64,000 bases of DNA from an uncultured bacterium (GTDB taxonomy: Bacteria; Patescibacteriota; Minisyncoccia; UBA6257; 2-01-FULL-56-20): the NCBI GenBank assembly GCA_963719425.1, contig OY970382.1, forward strand, positions 586,880 through 650,879, given 5' to 3'. Both the position numbers and the translations under genes were made by a program. Within the stretch, counting starts at the first letter, position 1, and the number at the start of each line of letters is the position of its first letter. Positions 36,766 to 46,052 of the stretch are shown here, piece after piece. The notes under the pieces were generated by a model, which made no database searches, was not told the origin of the DNA, and saw only the letters and a list, made by a program, of their open reading frames with translations.

Positions 36766-38994
36766 ATGGACCTCATCATCGTGGAATCGCCGACGAAAGC
36801 GAAAACCATCGGAAAATTTGTGGGCAAGAACTTTGCCGTGGAATCATCCTACGGGCACATTCGCGACCTCCCGAAAAGCAAAATGGGAATTGATACAGAA
36901 CACAATTTTGAGCCGCAGTATGTGATCCCCGCGAAGGCAAAACCCGTGGTAGCGAACCTGAAAAAACTGGCCGCGAAAGCTACGAAGGTAATCCTCGCAA
37001 CCGATGAAGACCGCGAAGGCGAAGCGATCGCGTGGCACTTGGTCGCGGCGCTCGGCCTTCAAGGAAAAAAGGACGGGGTGGAACGGATTGCATTCCACGA
37101 GATCACCGAATCCGCAATCAAAGAAGCGCTCCTCGCGCCGCGCGGCCTTGATGTGAACCTAGTAGACGCCCAGCAAGCACGGCGCGTGCTTGACCGGCTC
37201 GTGGGCTACGGCCTTTCGCCGTTTCTGTGGCGGAAGGTGCGGTATGGACTCTCTGCGGGGCGTGTGCAATCCGTCGCCGTGCGGCTCGTTGTTGAGCGCG
37301 AGCGTGAAATCCAGGCATTTAAAAAAGAAGAATACTGGTCCATTGAGGCGATGTTCAGGCCGCCCGAAGTCAAAACCGCATTCCCCGCTTTCCTGCAGTC
37401 CATTTCCGGAAAAGCATTCGGAAAAATGGACATCAAAAACGAGAAGGACGCGAAGCGCATCATAAAAAATCTTGACGGCGCGCACTACCGCGTCAAAGAG
37501 ATCACTACAAAAGAAATCCGGCGGTATCCCGCGGCGCCGTTCGTGACCTCCACGCTCCAGCAGGAAGCAGCGCGCAAGCTGGGATTCTCGGCGAAGCAAA
37601 CGATGGTCGTCGCGCAGAAGCTCTATGAGAACGGGCACATTACGTACATGAGAACGGACAGCGTGCACCTCGCGGAGGCAGCGCTCGTCGCTGCACAGCA
37701 AGCAATCGGGAAAGAATTCGGGAAGGAATATCAGCTTGCTGAACCGCGGCGATACGCCACACGGACGAAAGGAGCGCAGGAAGCGCACGAAGCCATCCGC
37801 CCCACGAATCTCAACGCCGCCTCCGGGCACGCGCTCGGCATAAAAGAGCGCAATGACCAACGGCTCTACGACCTGATTTGGAAACGCACCATCGCATCGC
37901 AAATGAGAGAAGCGCTCCTTGAACAAACCTCGGTGGACATTGAAGCGGATACCGCGCACAAAGAAATCTTCCGCGCGAACGGGCAGGTCGTGAAGTTTGA
38001 CGGTTTTATCCGCGCTTACACCGAAGGCCGCGACGAAGGCGCGAACGGCGAGAGCGCGAGCACTACGGAAATAGAGGGGCAGTTACCGAAGCTCACGAAA
38101 GATATGGCGCTCGCACTCCAAAAGATAACGCCCGTCCAGCACTTCACGGAACCCTTGCCCCGCTATACCGACGCCACGCTTGTGAAAGCGCTGGAAGCCG
38201 AAGGGGTAGGCCGTCCCTCCACGTACGCGCCGACCTTGAGCGTGATCCAGGACCGCGGCTACGTGGAAAAAATGGAGAAAAAATACCACCCGACGGACAT
38301 TGGCTTCGTCGTAAACGATCTGCTCGTCCTAAATTTCCCGGAGATCGTAGATATCAAATTCACTTCGCACATAGAGGAGGAACTGGACGAGATCGCCGAA
38401 GGGAAGATGAAGTGGACCGATGTCTGCCGCGAATTCTACGGCCCATTCAAAAAAGAATTGGATGAAAAGGAGGCGTCTGTAGAAAAGCAGGTGGAAATTT
38501 CGGACACCCCCTGTCCGCACTGCGGGAAACCGATGGTGATCAAGTTCGGTCGCATGGGAAAATTCCTTGCGTGTCCCGATCCCGCAGTGAAGGTGACACT
38601 GCCGATGCCCGAGGAGGCGGCGAAGATCAAAGAACTGGAAGAAAAAACAAAAGACGAGCGCTGTCCCATTTGCGGCAAACCCATGAAAGTGCGCCGCGGA
38701 CGCTTCGGATTTTTCCTCGGCTGCACGGACTATCCGAACTGCAAAGGCGTGGCAAAGATCTGGAACAAAACAGGCTTCGCTTGCCCCGCGTGCCGCGACT
38801 CCGCCGACCGTTGGGAAAAGCCCGGCGACATCGTAGAGAAAAAATCCCGCGGCCGCGGACGGCCGTTCTACGCTTGCACGCGCTACCCCGTCTGTACGTT
38901 CGTTATGAACAAAAAACCGGAATCGGAGGCCGACCTTGAAGAAGCGCTGAGGCATTGGCGAGAAAACCCACCGAAGACGAAGGTGAAAAAATAG
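36766..38994 (+). CDS. topA: DNA topoisomerase I
   Basis: TOPRIM (IVESPTKAKTI), a catalytic Tyr region and three C-terminal Cys4 zinc ribbons. Confidence 0.95.
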   Translation: MDLIIVESPTKAKTIGKFVGKNFAVESSYGHIRDLPKSKMGIDTEHNFEPQYVIPAKAKPVVANLKKLAAKATKVILATDEDREGEAIAWHLVAALGLQGKKDGVERIAFHEITESAIKEALLAPRGLDVNLVDAQQARRVLDRLVGYGLSPFLWRKVRYGLSAGRVQSVAVRLVVEREREIQAFKKEEYWSIEAMFRPPEVKTAFPAFLQSISGKAFGKMDIKNEKDAKRIIKNLDGAHYRVKEITTKEIRRYPAAPFVTSTLQQEAARKLGFSAKQTMVVAQKLYENGHITYMRTDSVHLAEAALVAAQQAIGKEFGKEYQLAEPRRYATRTKGAQEAHEAIRPTNLNAASGHALGIKERNDQRLYDLIWKRTIASQMREALLEQTSVDIEADTAHKEIFRANGQVVKFDGFIRAYTEGRDEGANGESASTTEIEGQLPKLTKDMALALQKITPVQHFTEPLPRYTDATLVKALEAEGVGRPSTYAPTLSVIQDRGYVEKMEKKYHPTDIGFVVNDLLVLNFPEIVDIKFTSHIEEELDEIAEGKMKWTDVCREFYGPFKKELDEKEASVEKQVEISDTPCPHCGKPMVIKFGRMGKFLACPDPAVKVTLPMPEEAAKIKELEEKTKDERCPICGKPMKVRRGRFGFFLGCTDYPNCKGVAKIWNKTGFACPACRDSADRWEKPGDIVEKKSRGRGRPFYACTRYPVCTFVMNKKPESEADLEEALRHWRENPPKTKVKK

Positions 38995-39039
38995 CGTGCG
39001 GGATTTGCGCGCTCTTCGCCGCGGTCATAAGATAGATAC

Positions 39040-40737
39040 ATGACCATAAAAGAGCTCGTGAAGAAACAACCCGACAGCCTGATTGGCAAAGCATACGCCT
39101 TCGCTCTCCGCGTGCACAAAGCGCAACAAAGGAAAACCGGCGAGCCCTATTTTAATCACCCGCTCGCGACTGCGGAAACGTTGAATGGGTGGCATCTTGA
39201 CGAAGACACGATTGCTGCGGGTCTCCTTCATGACACCGTGGAAGATACCGGTATTCCTCTTGAAACCGTAAAAAAGGATTTCGGGGACGATGTCGCATTC
39301 CTTGTGGACAGCGTGACGAAACTCGGCCACATCAAATACCGCGGCGCGGAAAACCGGGCGGAAAATCTTCGCAAGATGATCCTTGCACTTTCACAAGATT
39401 TGCGCGTCGTTTTCATAAAGCTCGCTGACCGCCTCCATAACATGCAGACGCTCGCGGCCCTCCCGCCCGCAAAGCAAAAGCGGATCGCGGTGGAAACGGA
39501 CGAGATCTACGCGCCGCTCGCCTACCGCCTCGGCATGCACAATCTTTCCGGCGAATTGGAAGATCTCGCATTCCCCTACCTCCATCCTACCGAGTACCGA
39601 TGGCTCCTCTCTACGGCGAAAGAACAATACAAAGAGCGGCTCGCATATCTCTTAAAGATGAAGCCGCAGGTGCGCAAGCTCCTTGAGGAACACGCGATCA
39701 AGCCGCTGGATATTGAAATCCGGGCCAAACGTTACGCCAGTCTGTACAAAAAACTTCTGCGCCGCGACATGAACATGGGGAAAATCTACGACCTCGTCGC
39801 GATGCGCGTGATCGTAGCCACCGTCCCCGAATGCTACGCGGCACTCGGCGTTATCCACGAAGCATGGCCGCCGGTTCCTCACCGCATCAAGGACTACATC
39901 GCCTTGCCGAAGCCGAACGGCTACCGCAGTTTGCACACCACGGTGATCGGCCCGGATGACAAAACAATTGAGTTTCAAATACGGACGAGGAAAATGCACG
40001 ACGAGAACGAATACGGCGTCGCCGCGCACTGGCTCTATGACCAGAAGCGCCGCGGCGAAAAAATTTCCGGGAAACAGCTTGCGGAAGACCTCTCCTGGGT
40101 GCAACAACTGAGAGCTTGGCAAGAACGGTTCTTTGGCGGGGGAGAAAAACCGCAAGAGTTTTTGGACGCGATGAAAATTGACTTCTTCCGCGGACGCATC
40201 TTCGCCGTCACGCCGCGCGGCGACGTCATTGACCTGCCGCAAGGCGCCACGCCCGTGGATTTCGCGTACCACATCCACTCTGACGTCGGGAACGCTGCTG
40301 CGGGGGCGCGGGTGAACGGCACGCTCGTGCCGCTCGACCACAAGCTGAAATCGGGGGACGTGGTCTATATTATCACTCAAAAAGGAAAAAAGCCGTCGGA
40401 CGACTGGCTCCGCTTCGTCGCGACTGGCATCGCCCGCGATCACATTCGCGCGGCGCTCCGCGAGAAAAACAGGTTCGTGCGCATGGCGAAAGCGCCCACG
40501 CACGCGGAACTGAAGCTCACCGTGGAGCCCCGCATCGGCCTCATTAAAAACATTTCAGAGGTGATTGCACGCCAGCACCTCGCCATCATGAACTTTTACA
40601 CCGAAAACCCGAGAGGGGGCCGCTACCAGTTCTATCGGATTGAAATCAAAACCGCCGACAAGGACAAAATTGAAAAACTGATCGTCAAGCTGAAAGCGAT
40701 AAAAGAAGTGAAGGAGGAAAGTTACAAATTAAGTTAG
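39040..40737 (+). CDS. rel: bifunctional (p)ppGpp synthetase/hydrolase (RelA/SpoT homologue)
   Basis: HD domain (HDTVEDT), a synthetase domain (YRSLHTTVIGPDDKTIEFQIRT), TGS and a C-terminal ACT-like region. Confidence 0.9.
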   Translation: MTIKELVKKQPDSLIGKAYAFALRVHKAQQRKTGEPYFNHPLATAETLNGWHLDEDTIAAGLLHDTVEDTGIPLETVKKDFGDDVAFLVDSVTKLGHIKYRGAENRAENLRKMILALSQDLRVVFIKLADRLHNMQTLAALPPAKQKRIAVETDEIYAPLAYRLGMHNLSGELEDLAFPYLHPTEYRWLLSTAKEQYKERLAYLLKMKPQVRKLLEEHAIKPLDIEIRAKRYASLYKKLLRRDMNMGKIYDLVAMRVIVATVPECYAALGVIHEAWPPVPHRIKDYIALPKPNGYRSLHTTVIGPDDKTIEFQIRTRKMHDENEYGVAAHWLYDQKRRGEKISGKQLAEDLSWVQQLRAWQERFFGGGEKPQEFLDAMKIDFFRGRIFAVTPRGDVIDLPQGATPVDFAYHIHSDVGNAAAGARVNGTLVPLDHKLKSGDVVYIITQKGKKPSDDWLRFVATGIARDHIRAALREKNRFVRMAKAPTHAELKLTVEPRIGLIKNISEVIARQHLAIMNFYTENPRGGRYQFYRIEIKTADKDKIEKLIVKLKAIKEVKEESYKLS

Positions 40738-41924
40738 CTCTCCTTCCCGAGCCGGCGCAGAATATTTTCCAATTCTTCTTCCGAATAAAAGGTGATGGTG
40801 ATCTTCCCGGTATTCGCGCCCTTGTGAATTGTGACGGGAGCGCCGAGATCCGTGGAAAGCGACTCCTGCATCGCTTTGAGTTCCGGCGGCAGGGGCGCTT
40901 CCGCACTTTTCGGGGGACGACCGCGGCGGCGCCCGCCCGCAACACTGCTGCCGAACTCACCCACGCGCTCTCTTACGTCGCGCGTCGTGAGCCCATGATG
41001 CACGACATCCTCAAAGAGGCGCTGTTGCGCGCCCGGATCCCGAATGGCCAGAAGCAGTCGCGCGCTGCTCTCGGAAATCTCCCCTCTTTCCACCGCCGTC
41101 CGGACGTATTCCGGAAGGTCCAAAAGTCGCACGCTGTTTGCAATCACTTCGCGCGACTTGCCGAGCTTCACCGCAATCTCGCGCTGGGTCATCCGGAATT
41201 CCTCCTGCAGCCGCTGGAACGCGCGCGCGGCCTCTATCGGATTCAAATTCTCGCGCTGGATATTTTCCAAAACGGCGAGCTCCAATTTTTCGCGTTCAAG
41301 ATCCACGTTCCGGATAATAGCGGGTACCGTCGCAAGCCCGAGCATCCTTGCGGCCAGAAGCCGCCGCTCACCCGCGACCAATTGATATGCAACGCCTACG
41401 CCCCCGGCAGTTTCCTTTTCAATGCGCGACACCACAAGCGGCTGCAAAAAGCCGAACTCGCGAATGGAATGCGCGAGGTCGCGAAGCCCCGCTTCGTCAA
41501 AATTCCTGCGCGGCTGGTTCGGATTCGGCGTTATCCTATCCACTTCAATATGAAAGACCGAGCCCATTTCCTGCGGTTCGCCCCTAAACGCTTTCGCTGC
41601 AACCGACGCGGGAGAAACCGTTGGTTGTGGTTGCGGCTGTGCGGGTTGCGGTTGAGGCTGGGGTTGTGAAATCGGCGCGGCTGCTGGCGCCTCAACCAGT
41701 GGCACTGGCCGCGACACTTCTTGCGGCACCGCATCGGCGTGCACAATTTCCGTTTCCGAATCCGGCGGCAGAGCCGGCGACCGCGCGGCCGGTGGTTGCG
41801 AAGCCAGCGGCTGCGATGACGGAACATTCTGCCCGCCGCCGTTCCCGTTACCGCCGCCACCGCCACCACCGCCGCTTCCATTCCCCTTCTTCGGTATTAA
41901 CGACTCAAGTCCTTTGCCGAGCAT
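40734..41924 (-). CDS. parB: chromosome partitioning protein ParB with a low-complexity Gly-rich and (QP)n N-terminal insertion
   Basis: ParB box ISPNPNQPRRNFDE...LAHSIREFGFLQPLVV and HTH. N-terminal G9...QPQPQPQP tract. Confidence 0.9.
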   Translation of the reverse strand: MLGKGLESLIPKKGNGSGGGGGGGGNGNGGGQNVPSSQPLASQPPAARSPALPPDSETEIVHADAVPQEVSRPVPLVEAPAAAPISQPQPQPQPAQPQPQPTVSPASVAAKAFRGEPQEMGSVFHIEVDRITPNPNQPRRNFDEAGLRDLAHSIREFGFLQPLVVSRIEKETAGGVGVAYQLVAGERRLLAARMLGLATVPAIIRNVDLEREKLELAVLENIQRENLNPIEAARAFQRLQEEFRMTQREIAVKLGKSREVIANSVRLLDLPEYVRTAVERGEISESSARLLLAIRDPGAQQRLFEDVVHHGLTTRDVRERVGEFGSSVAGGRRRGRPPKSAEAPLPPELKAMQESLSTDLGAPVTIHKGANTGKITITFYSEEELENILRRLGKES

Positions 41925-41936
41925 ATGTGCAGTAAA

Positions 41937-42755
41937 TCAAATATTGAAATTCCCGAAATTTTCGCTCGCGACGACCTCCCGCGGCAGATTGAAGTCCTTT
42001 TCCTGTTCCATGATCTCGTCCGCGAGTCGTTTATACGCCGTGGCCCCCGGCGAATCCGGCCGGTATAAAATAATCGGCTTTGAAAAACTCGGTGCTTCCG
42101 CGAGCGCGACCGCGCGCGGAATCTCCACGTCAAACACGTGATGCGGGAAATGTCGCCGGAGGTTCTTAGAAACCTCGCGGCTCAAGTGCTCACGTTTGTC
42201 ATACATCGTGACGAGCGCGCCGGCGACGCGGAGCGGATGTCTTAAGTTATTCCTGATAAGCTCCACGGTTTCCAAAAGCTGCCCTATACCTTCCAGGCTG
42301 TAATATTCCGTCTGCACGGGGATCAAAACCTCGTCCGCGGCGACTAGGCCGTTCACGGTAAGCAGGCTCAAGCTCGGCGGCAGGTCAACGAGAACGTAAT
42401 CGTAATTGTGCCGCAGCCGGTTCACGAACTTCCGCAAAAAATATTCACGGTCGGGGACGTCCACGAGTTCAACAAGCGCGCCTGCCAGATGCGGCGCCGC
42501 GGGCACAAGATGGTAATTGAAAATTATGGTCGGCTTTACAATCTGCTCGCACGGCACAGTTCCCAAAATACCGTGGTACACGCTCAACTCCTCTTTTATG
42601 TCGTGGCCGAGCGCCGAGCTTGCGTTCGCCTGTGGATCAAAATCAATCAGGAGCACGCGGCGCCCCGCGGCAGCAAGATACGCGCCCAAATTAACCGCGG
42701 TCGTGGTCTTCCCCACGCCCCCTTTTTGATTACAAATTGCGATCACGCGCGCCAT
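41937..42755 (-). CDS. parA: chromosome partitioning ATPase ParA/Soj
   Basis: Deviant Walker A KGGVGKTT. Confidence 0.95.
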   Translation of the reverse strand: MARVIAICNQKGGVGKTTTAVNLGAYLAAAGRRVLLIDFDPQANASSALGHDIKEELSVYHGILGTVPCEQIVKPTIIFNYHLVPAAPHLAGALVELVDVPDREYFLRKFVNRLRHNYDYVLVDLPPSLSLLTVNGLVAADEVLIPVQTEYYSLEGIGQLLETVELIRNNLRHPLRVAGALVTMYDKREHLSREVSKNLRRHFPHHVFDVEIPRAVALAEAPSFSKPIILYRPDSPGATAYKRLADEIMEQEKDFNLPREVVASENFGNFNI

Positions 42756-42833
42756 ATAGCTTGATTTTAGCGCGTAAAATAACTATTATCAATCGTGCGA
42801 GCGCGCGAGGTTACAGCCCCACGCGTCCCACGC

Positions 42834-42916
42834 GCCCGGGTGGCGGAATGGCAGACGCAATCGCCTCAAGAGCGATCGGCCGTAAGGCCATGCGAGTTCG
42901 ACTCTCGCCTCGGGCA
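42834..42916 (+). tRNA. tRNA-Leu (anticodon CAA)
   Basis: Type II tRNA with acceptor GCCCGGG/CTCGGGC (one G-U pair), anticodon loop CTCAAGA and long variable arm GGCCGTAAGGCC. CC is encoded. Confidence 0.85.
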
Positions 42917-42975
42917 CCGCGAGAATTTAACAAAAACTTAATACTTATTTAATGCCGCGTTGGTAGTATAGTGTC

Positions 42976-43683
42976 GTGCCCAAAAGAAGGTTACCGCCAA
43001 AGAATTTCGAATGGACGCCGAAACTTGCGTATGTGGTGGGGCTTTTGGTAACCGATGGGAATTTATCAAAGAACGGACGGCAGGTTATTATGCGCTCGGC
43101 AGAGCTTCCATTGCTCGAAACTTTTAAACAATGTCTCGGCATTGACGCAAAGATTGGAGTCGCAAAGAAAAAGACCGGCGATGTTTCCTATCGGGTGCAA
43201 TTCAGCAATGTCCAATTCTATGACTGGTTGCTCAGGATAGGACTATTCCCCGCAAAAAGTTATACAATAGGTCGTATTGACATCCCAGATAAATTTTTCC
43301 GGGATTATTTCCGCGGCTGCATAGATGGCGACGGCAGTATCCAAACCTATAAAGATAGTTATAATGTTTATCGCGGGCGGCGATATAGCACGCAACGTCT
43401 CTTTATAAAACTTGTTTCGGCGAGCGAAAAACACATTCGCTGGGCACGCTATAGAATAAATAATCTCGTAGGAATTTGCGGTGCGATTATAAGAAATAAA
43501 CCTGCCAGCGAAAATCGAGTTCTGATGTGGGAATTAAAATTCGCCAAGAAAGAATCACTACGCTTAATTAACTGGATGTATTATGCGCCAGATATTCCTT
43601 GTTTAGAACGAAAACGAGCGATTGCCCGAAACGCGCTCGCTATCATAAAGCAAGAAAAGCGACGCGAATACAGCCGAATATAA
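42976..43683 (+). CDS. LAGLIDADG homing endonuclease (two-motif, free-standing)
   Basis: Motif 1 LAYVVGLLVTDGNL and motif 2 FRGCIDGDGSI. GTG start. It lies between tRNA-Leu(CAA) and tRNA-Leu(UAA). Confidence 0.8.
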   Translation: MPKRRLPPKNFEWTPKLAYVVGLLVTDGNLSKNGRQVIMRSAELPLLETFKQCLGIDAKIGVAKKKTGDVSYRVQFSNVQFYDWLLRIGLFPAKSYTIGRIDIPDKFFRDYFRGCIDGDGSIQTYKDSYNVYRGRRYSTQRLFIKLVSASEKHIRWARYRINNLVGICGAIIRNKPASENRVLMWELKFAKKESLRLINWMYYAPDIPCLERKRAIARNALAIIKQEKRREYSRI

Positions 43684-43695
43684 TCTGAAGCAATG

Positions 43696-43779
43696 TGCCC
43701 GGGGTCGGGATCGAACCGACACGCTCTTGCGAGCAGGGGATTTTAAGTCCCCTCTGTCTACCGATTTCAGCACCCGGGC
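43696..43779 (-). tRNA. tRNA-Leu (anticodon UAA)
   Basis: Acceptor GCCCGGG/CCCGGGC, anticodon loop CTTAAAA, variable arm GCTCGCAAGAGC and T-arm GTCGG-TTCGATC-CCGAC. Confidence 0.85.
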
Positions 43780-43791
43780 AAATCGGGTTGG

Positions 43792-43864
43792 AGGCCTGGG
43801 CGGGAATCGAACCCGCGTATATGGGTTTTGCAGACCCATGCCTTGACCATTTGGCTACCAGGCC
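43792..43864 (-). tRNA. tRNA-Cys (anticodon GCA)
   Basis: Acceptor GGCCTGG/CCAGGCC, anticodon loop CTGCAAA and T-arm GCGGG-TTCGATT-CCCGC. CCA is encoded. Confidence 0.85.
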
Positions 43865-43875
43865 GTTCCTCAATC

Positions 43876-44205
43876 TTACTTTTTTAGGAGCGCTTTTTCA
43901 ACCGCCGCGGCGTTCTCCACGCCATGATCAATATAGAACGATATCCGCGGCATCGGTTTGATATTGATCTTCTTCATCAAAAGATGCTGGAGATAGCCCG
44001 TGCGCTTTTGGAGTTCGGCGAGCGCGGCGTCGCCCGCAGACGACGGGATTGCACTCACGCTGACCTTCGCACGCTCCAACTTTTTATCCACCGTGACCCC
44101 GGTAATCGTGACAAGGGCGTCGGGGAACTCAACTTCGCGGATAATGATCTTTGAAAGTTCCGCACGTATTAATTTGCCGACCCGCTCGGAACGAAAAAAG
44201 CGCAT
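43876..44205 (-). CDS. rbfA: ribosome-binding factor A
   Basis: RbfA KH-like pattern ...RVGKLIRAELSKII...VTITGVTVDKKLERAKV... Confidence 0.85.
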   Translation of the reverse strand: MRFFRSERVGKLIRAELSKIIIREVEFPDALVTITGVTVDKKLERAKVSVSAIPSSAGDAALAELQKRTGYLQHLLMKKINIKPMPRISFYIDHGVENAAAVEKALLKK

Positions 44206-44212
44206 TGCGAAA

Positions 44213-45793
44213 TTATTTACGAATGACGAGCGTGTCGCCTGTTTTGATCAAAACCTGCGAGTTCGCGAGTACACCAATCTCCTTTCCTTTTTCCGCCTGC
44301 GTGATTTCCGATTTCTTCTCGCGCAAGTTGAGGACGCGGCCCGTGCCGACCGCCACTTTCGGCATATCACGGGAAGCACCTTCCGCAGGAGCACCCTTCT
44401 CGCGAGCGTCTTTCTCAGAAACGGCCTCCGCCGCGCCGCGCCGCAGAATTTCAAACGACGCCTTTTCGCGGAAGATACCCTTCATGACGCGCCCCCCTAC
44501 GAGCTGCTTGTCTAATTTCTCTTGATTGAAAACCGCAAGCACCTCAAGCTCCCCCGCGGCCACCGGACCCAATCTTCCGGCAAGAAAATCTTCCACGGCC
44601 TTCACGAGATCGTAGACGATTTCCGAGGTAATGATCATGACGGACTGCGCATCCGCAAGATTCCGCGCTCCCTTCTCCACTTTATTTTTAAACCCGATGA
44701 TCGTAGCGTGCGTCGCCTGTGCGCGCCGCACATCGCCGTCGGTCACATCCCCCACCGATTCCTCAACCACATTGACCTCTTTGCCCCCCTGCTTATCAAC
44801 GCTTTTCAAGATCACGGAAAGCGCTTCAAGCGATCCGGCGTCGGAAGCTTTGAGAATCAGGTTCAGCGTATTCGGTTTTGATTTTGCGATCTGCGTGGCG
44901 ACCATAGTGCGCTGCGCAGGTGACGCGGCCTCCTTAATTTCTCCCACCGCGAATTCCTCCCCGACTTTCGGAAGCCCTTCAAAACCAATGATAACCGCAG
45001 GCGCAGACGGCTCCAAGCTCGCCGTGGACCTCCCGGCAAAATCCTCAAGCATCTTCACTTTGCCGCTCGCCGTGCGCGTCGCGACCAGATCACCGCGGTG
45101 GAGCGTCCCGTTTTTTACGATCACACTCGCTTCAACGCCGCGCCGCGGATCACGCCGCGCTTCAAGGATATAACCGGAAGCCGGCGCTTTCGGATCGTAG
45201 GTTAAATTTTCCATGTCGGAGGCAAGGAGCACGAGGTCTAAGAGTTCGTTCACTCCCTCGCCCGTCTTTGCGGAAACCCCGTGATAGCTCACCTGCCCAC
45301 CGTAACCCTCAAGCATCACCCCGGCGTTCATCAAGTCCGTTTTTGCCTTTTCAAGATTGCCGCCCTGCACTTTGTCAATTTTGTTGAACGCGACAATGAA
45401 CGGCGTCTTCGCGTCCTCCAAAATCTTGATGGATTCTTTTGTTTGTGGCTTCACCCCTTCGTCCGCGGCAACAACAAGAATCGCCATGTCCGCCGTCTGC
45501 GCCCCCCGCGCGCGCATCGCCATGAACGCCTCGTGCCCGGGCGTGTCAATAAAGGTAATCTTCCGCGGCGCACTCGCGTTTCCCTCCTTAGCTCCCGCCG
45601 GTGCGTGCACAATCTCGTACGCACCCACGGCCTGCGTGATACCGCCCGCCTCCCGCGCCGCAACGGTTGTCTTTCGAATGTAATCCAGAAGCGTCGTCTT
45701 CCCGTGGTCCACGTGCCCCACGACAACCACGATTGGCGGGCGCGGTTTTATATTCCTGCTCGCAGTTTTTACATTTTCACTTGCCATAACCAA
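44213..45793 (-). CDS. infB: translation initiation factor IF-2 (short form without an extended N-terminus)
   Basis: G-domain [17 protein letters not shown] and NKID. C-terminal beta-barrels. Confidence 0.95.
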   Translation of the reverse strand: MVMASENVKTASRNIKPRPPIVVVVGHVDHGKTTLLDYIRKTTVAAREAGGITQAVGAYEIVHAPAGAKEGNASAPRKITFIDTPGHEAFMAMRARGAQTADMAILVVAADEGVKPQTKESIKILEDAKTPFIVAFNKIDKVQGGNLEKAKTDLMNAGVMLEGYGGQVSYHGVSAKTGEGVNELLDLVLLASDMENLTYDPKAPASGYILEARRDPRRGVEASVIVKNGTLHRGDLVATRTASGKVKMLEDFAGRSTASLEPSAPAVIIGFEGLPKVGEEFAVGEIKEAASPAQRTMVATQIAKSKPNTLNLILKASDAGSLEALSVILKSVDKQGGKEVNVVEESVGDVTDGDVRRAQATHATIIGFKNKVEKGARNLADAQSVMIITSEIVYDLVKAVEDFLAGRLGPVAAGELEVLAVFNQEKLDKQLVGGRVMKGIFREKASFEILRRGAAEAVSEKDAREKGAPAEGASRDMPKVAVGTGRVLNLREKKSEITQAEKGKEIGVLANSQVLIKTGDTLVIRK

Positions 45794-45854
45794 TGAAATG
45801 TAGCAAAAAACATTGATAAAAACAAGTTTCTCGTGTACGTTTAACGAGTGCGCT

Positions 45855-45941
45855 GGAGGCGTGGCCGAGTGGTTTAAGGCAGCATCCTGCTAAGATGTTA
45901 AGGGAGAAATCCCTTCGAAGGTTCGAATCCTTCCGCCTCCG
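45855..45941 (+). tRNA. tRNA-Ser (anticodon GCU)
   Basis: Type II tRNA with acceptor GGAGGCG/CGCCTCC, anticodon loop CTGCTAA, a long variable arm and T-arm AAGG-TTCGAAT-CCTT. Confidence 0.85.
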
Positions 45942-46052
45942 CCCGTTAGGGCATCGGTTCGAGAGACCTTCCGGCCTCGGATTTTGCTATCTTTTTGAAA
46001 CGCAGTTCAGGCGACGAATCGCGACAGGTGTCTAGGACTCGAACCTCAAGAT

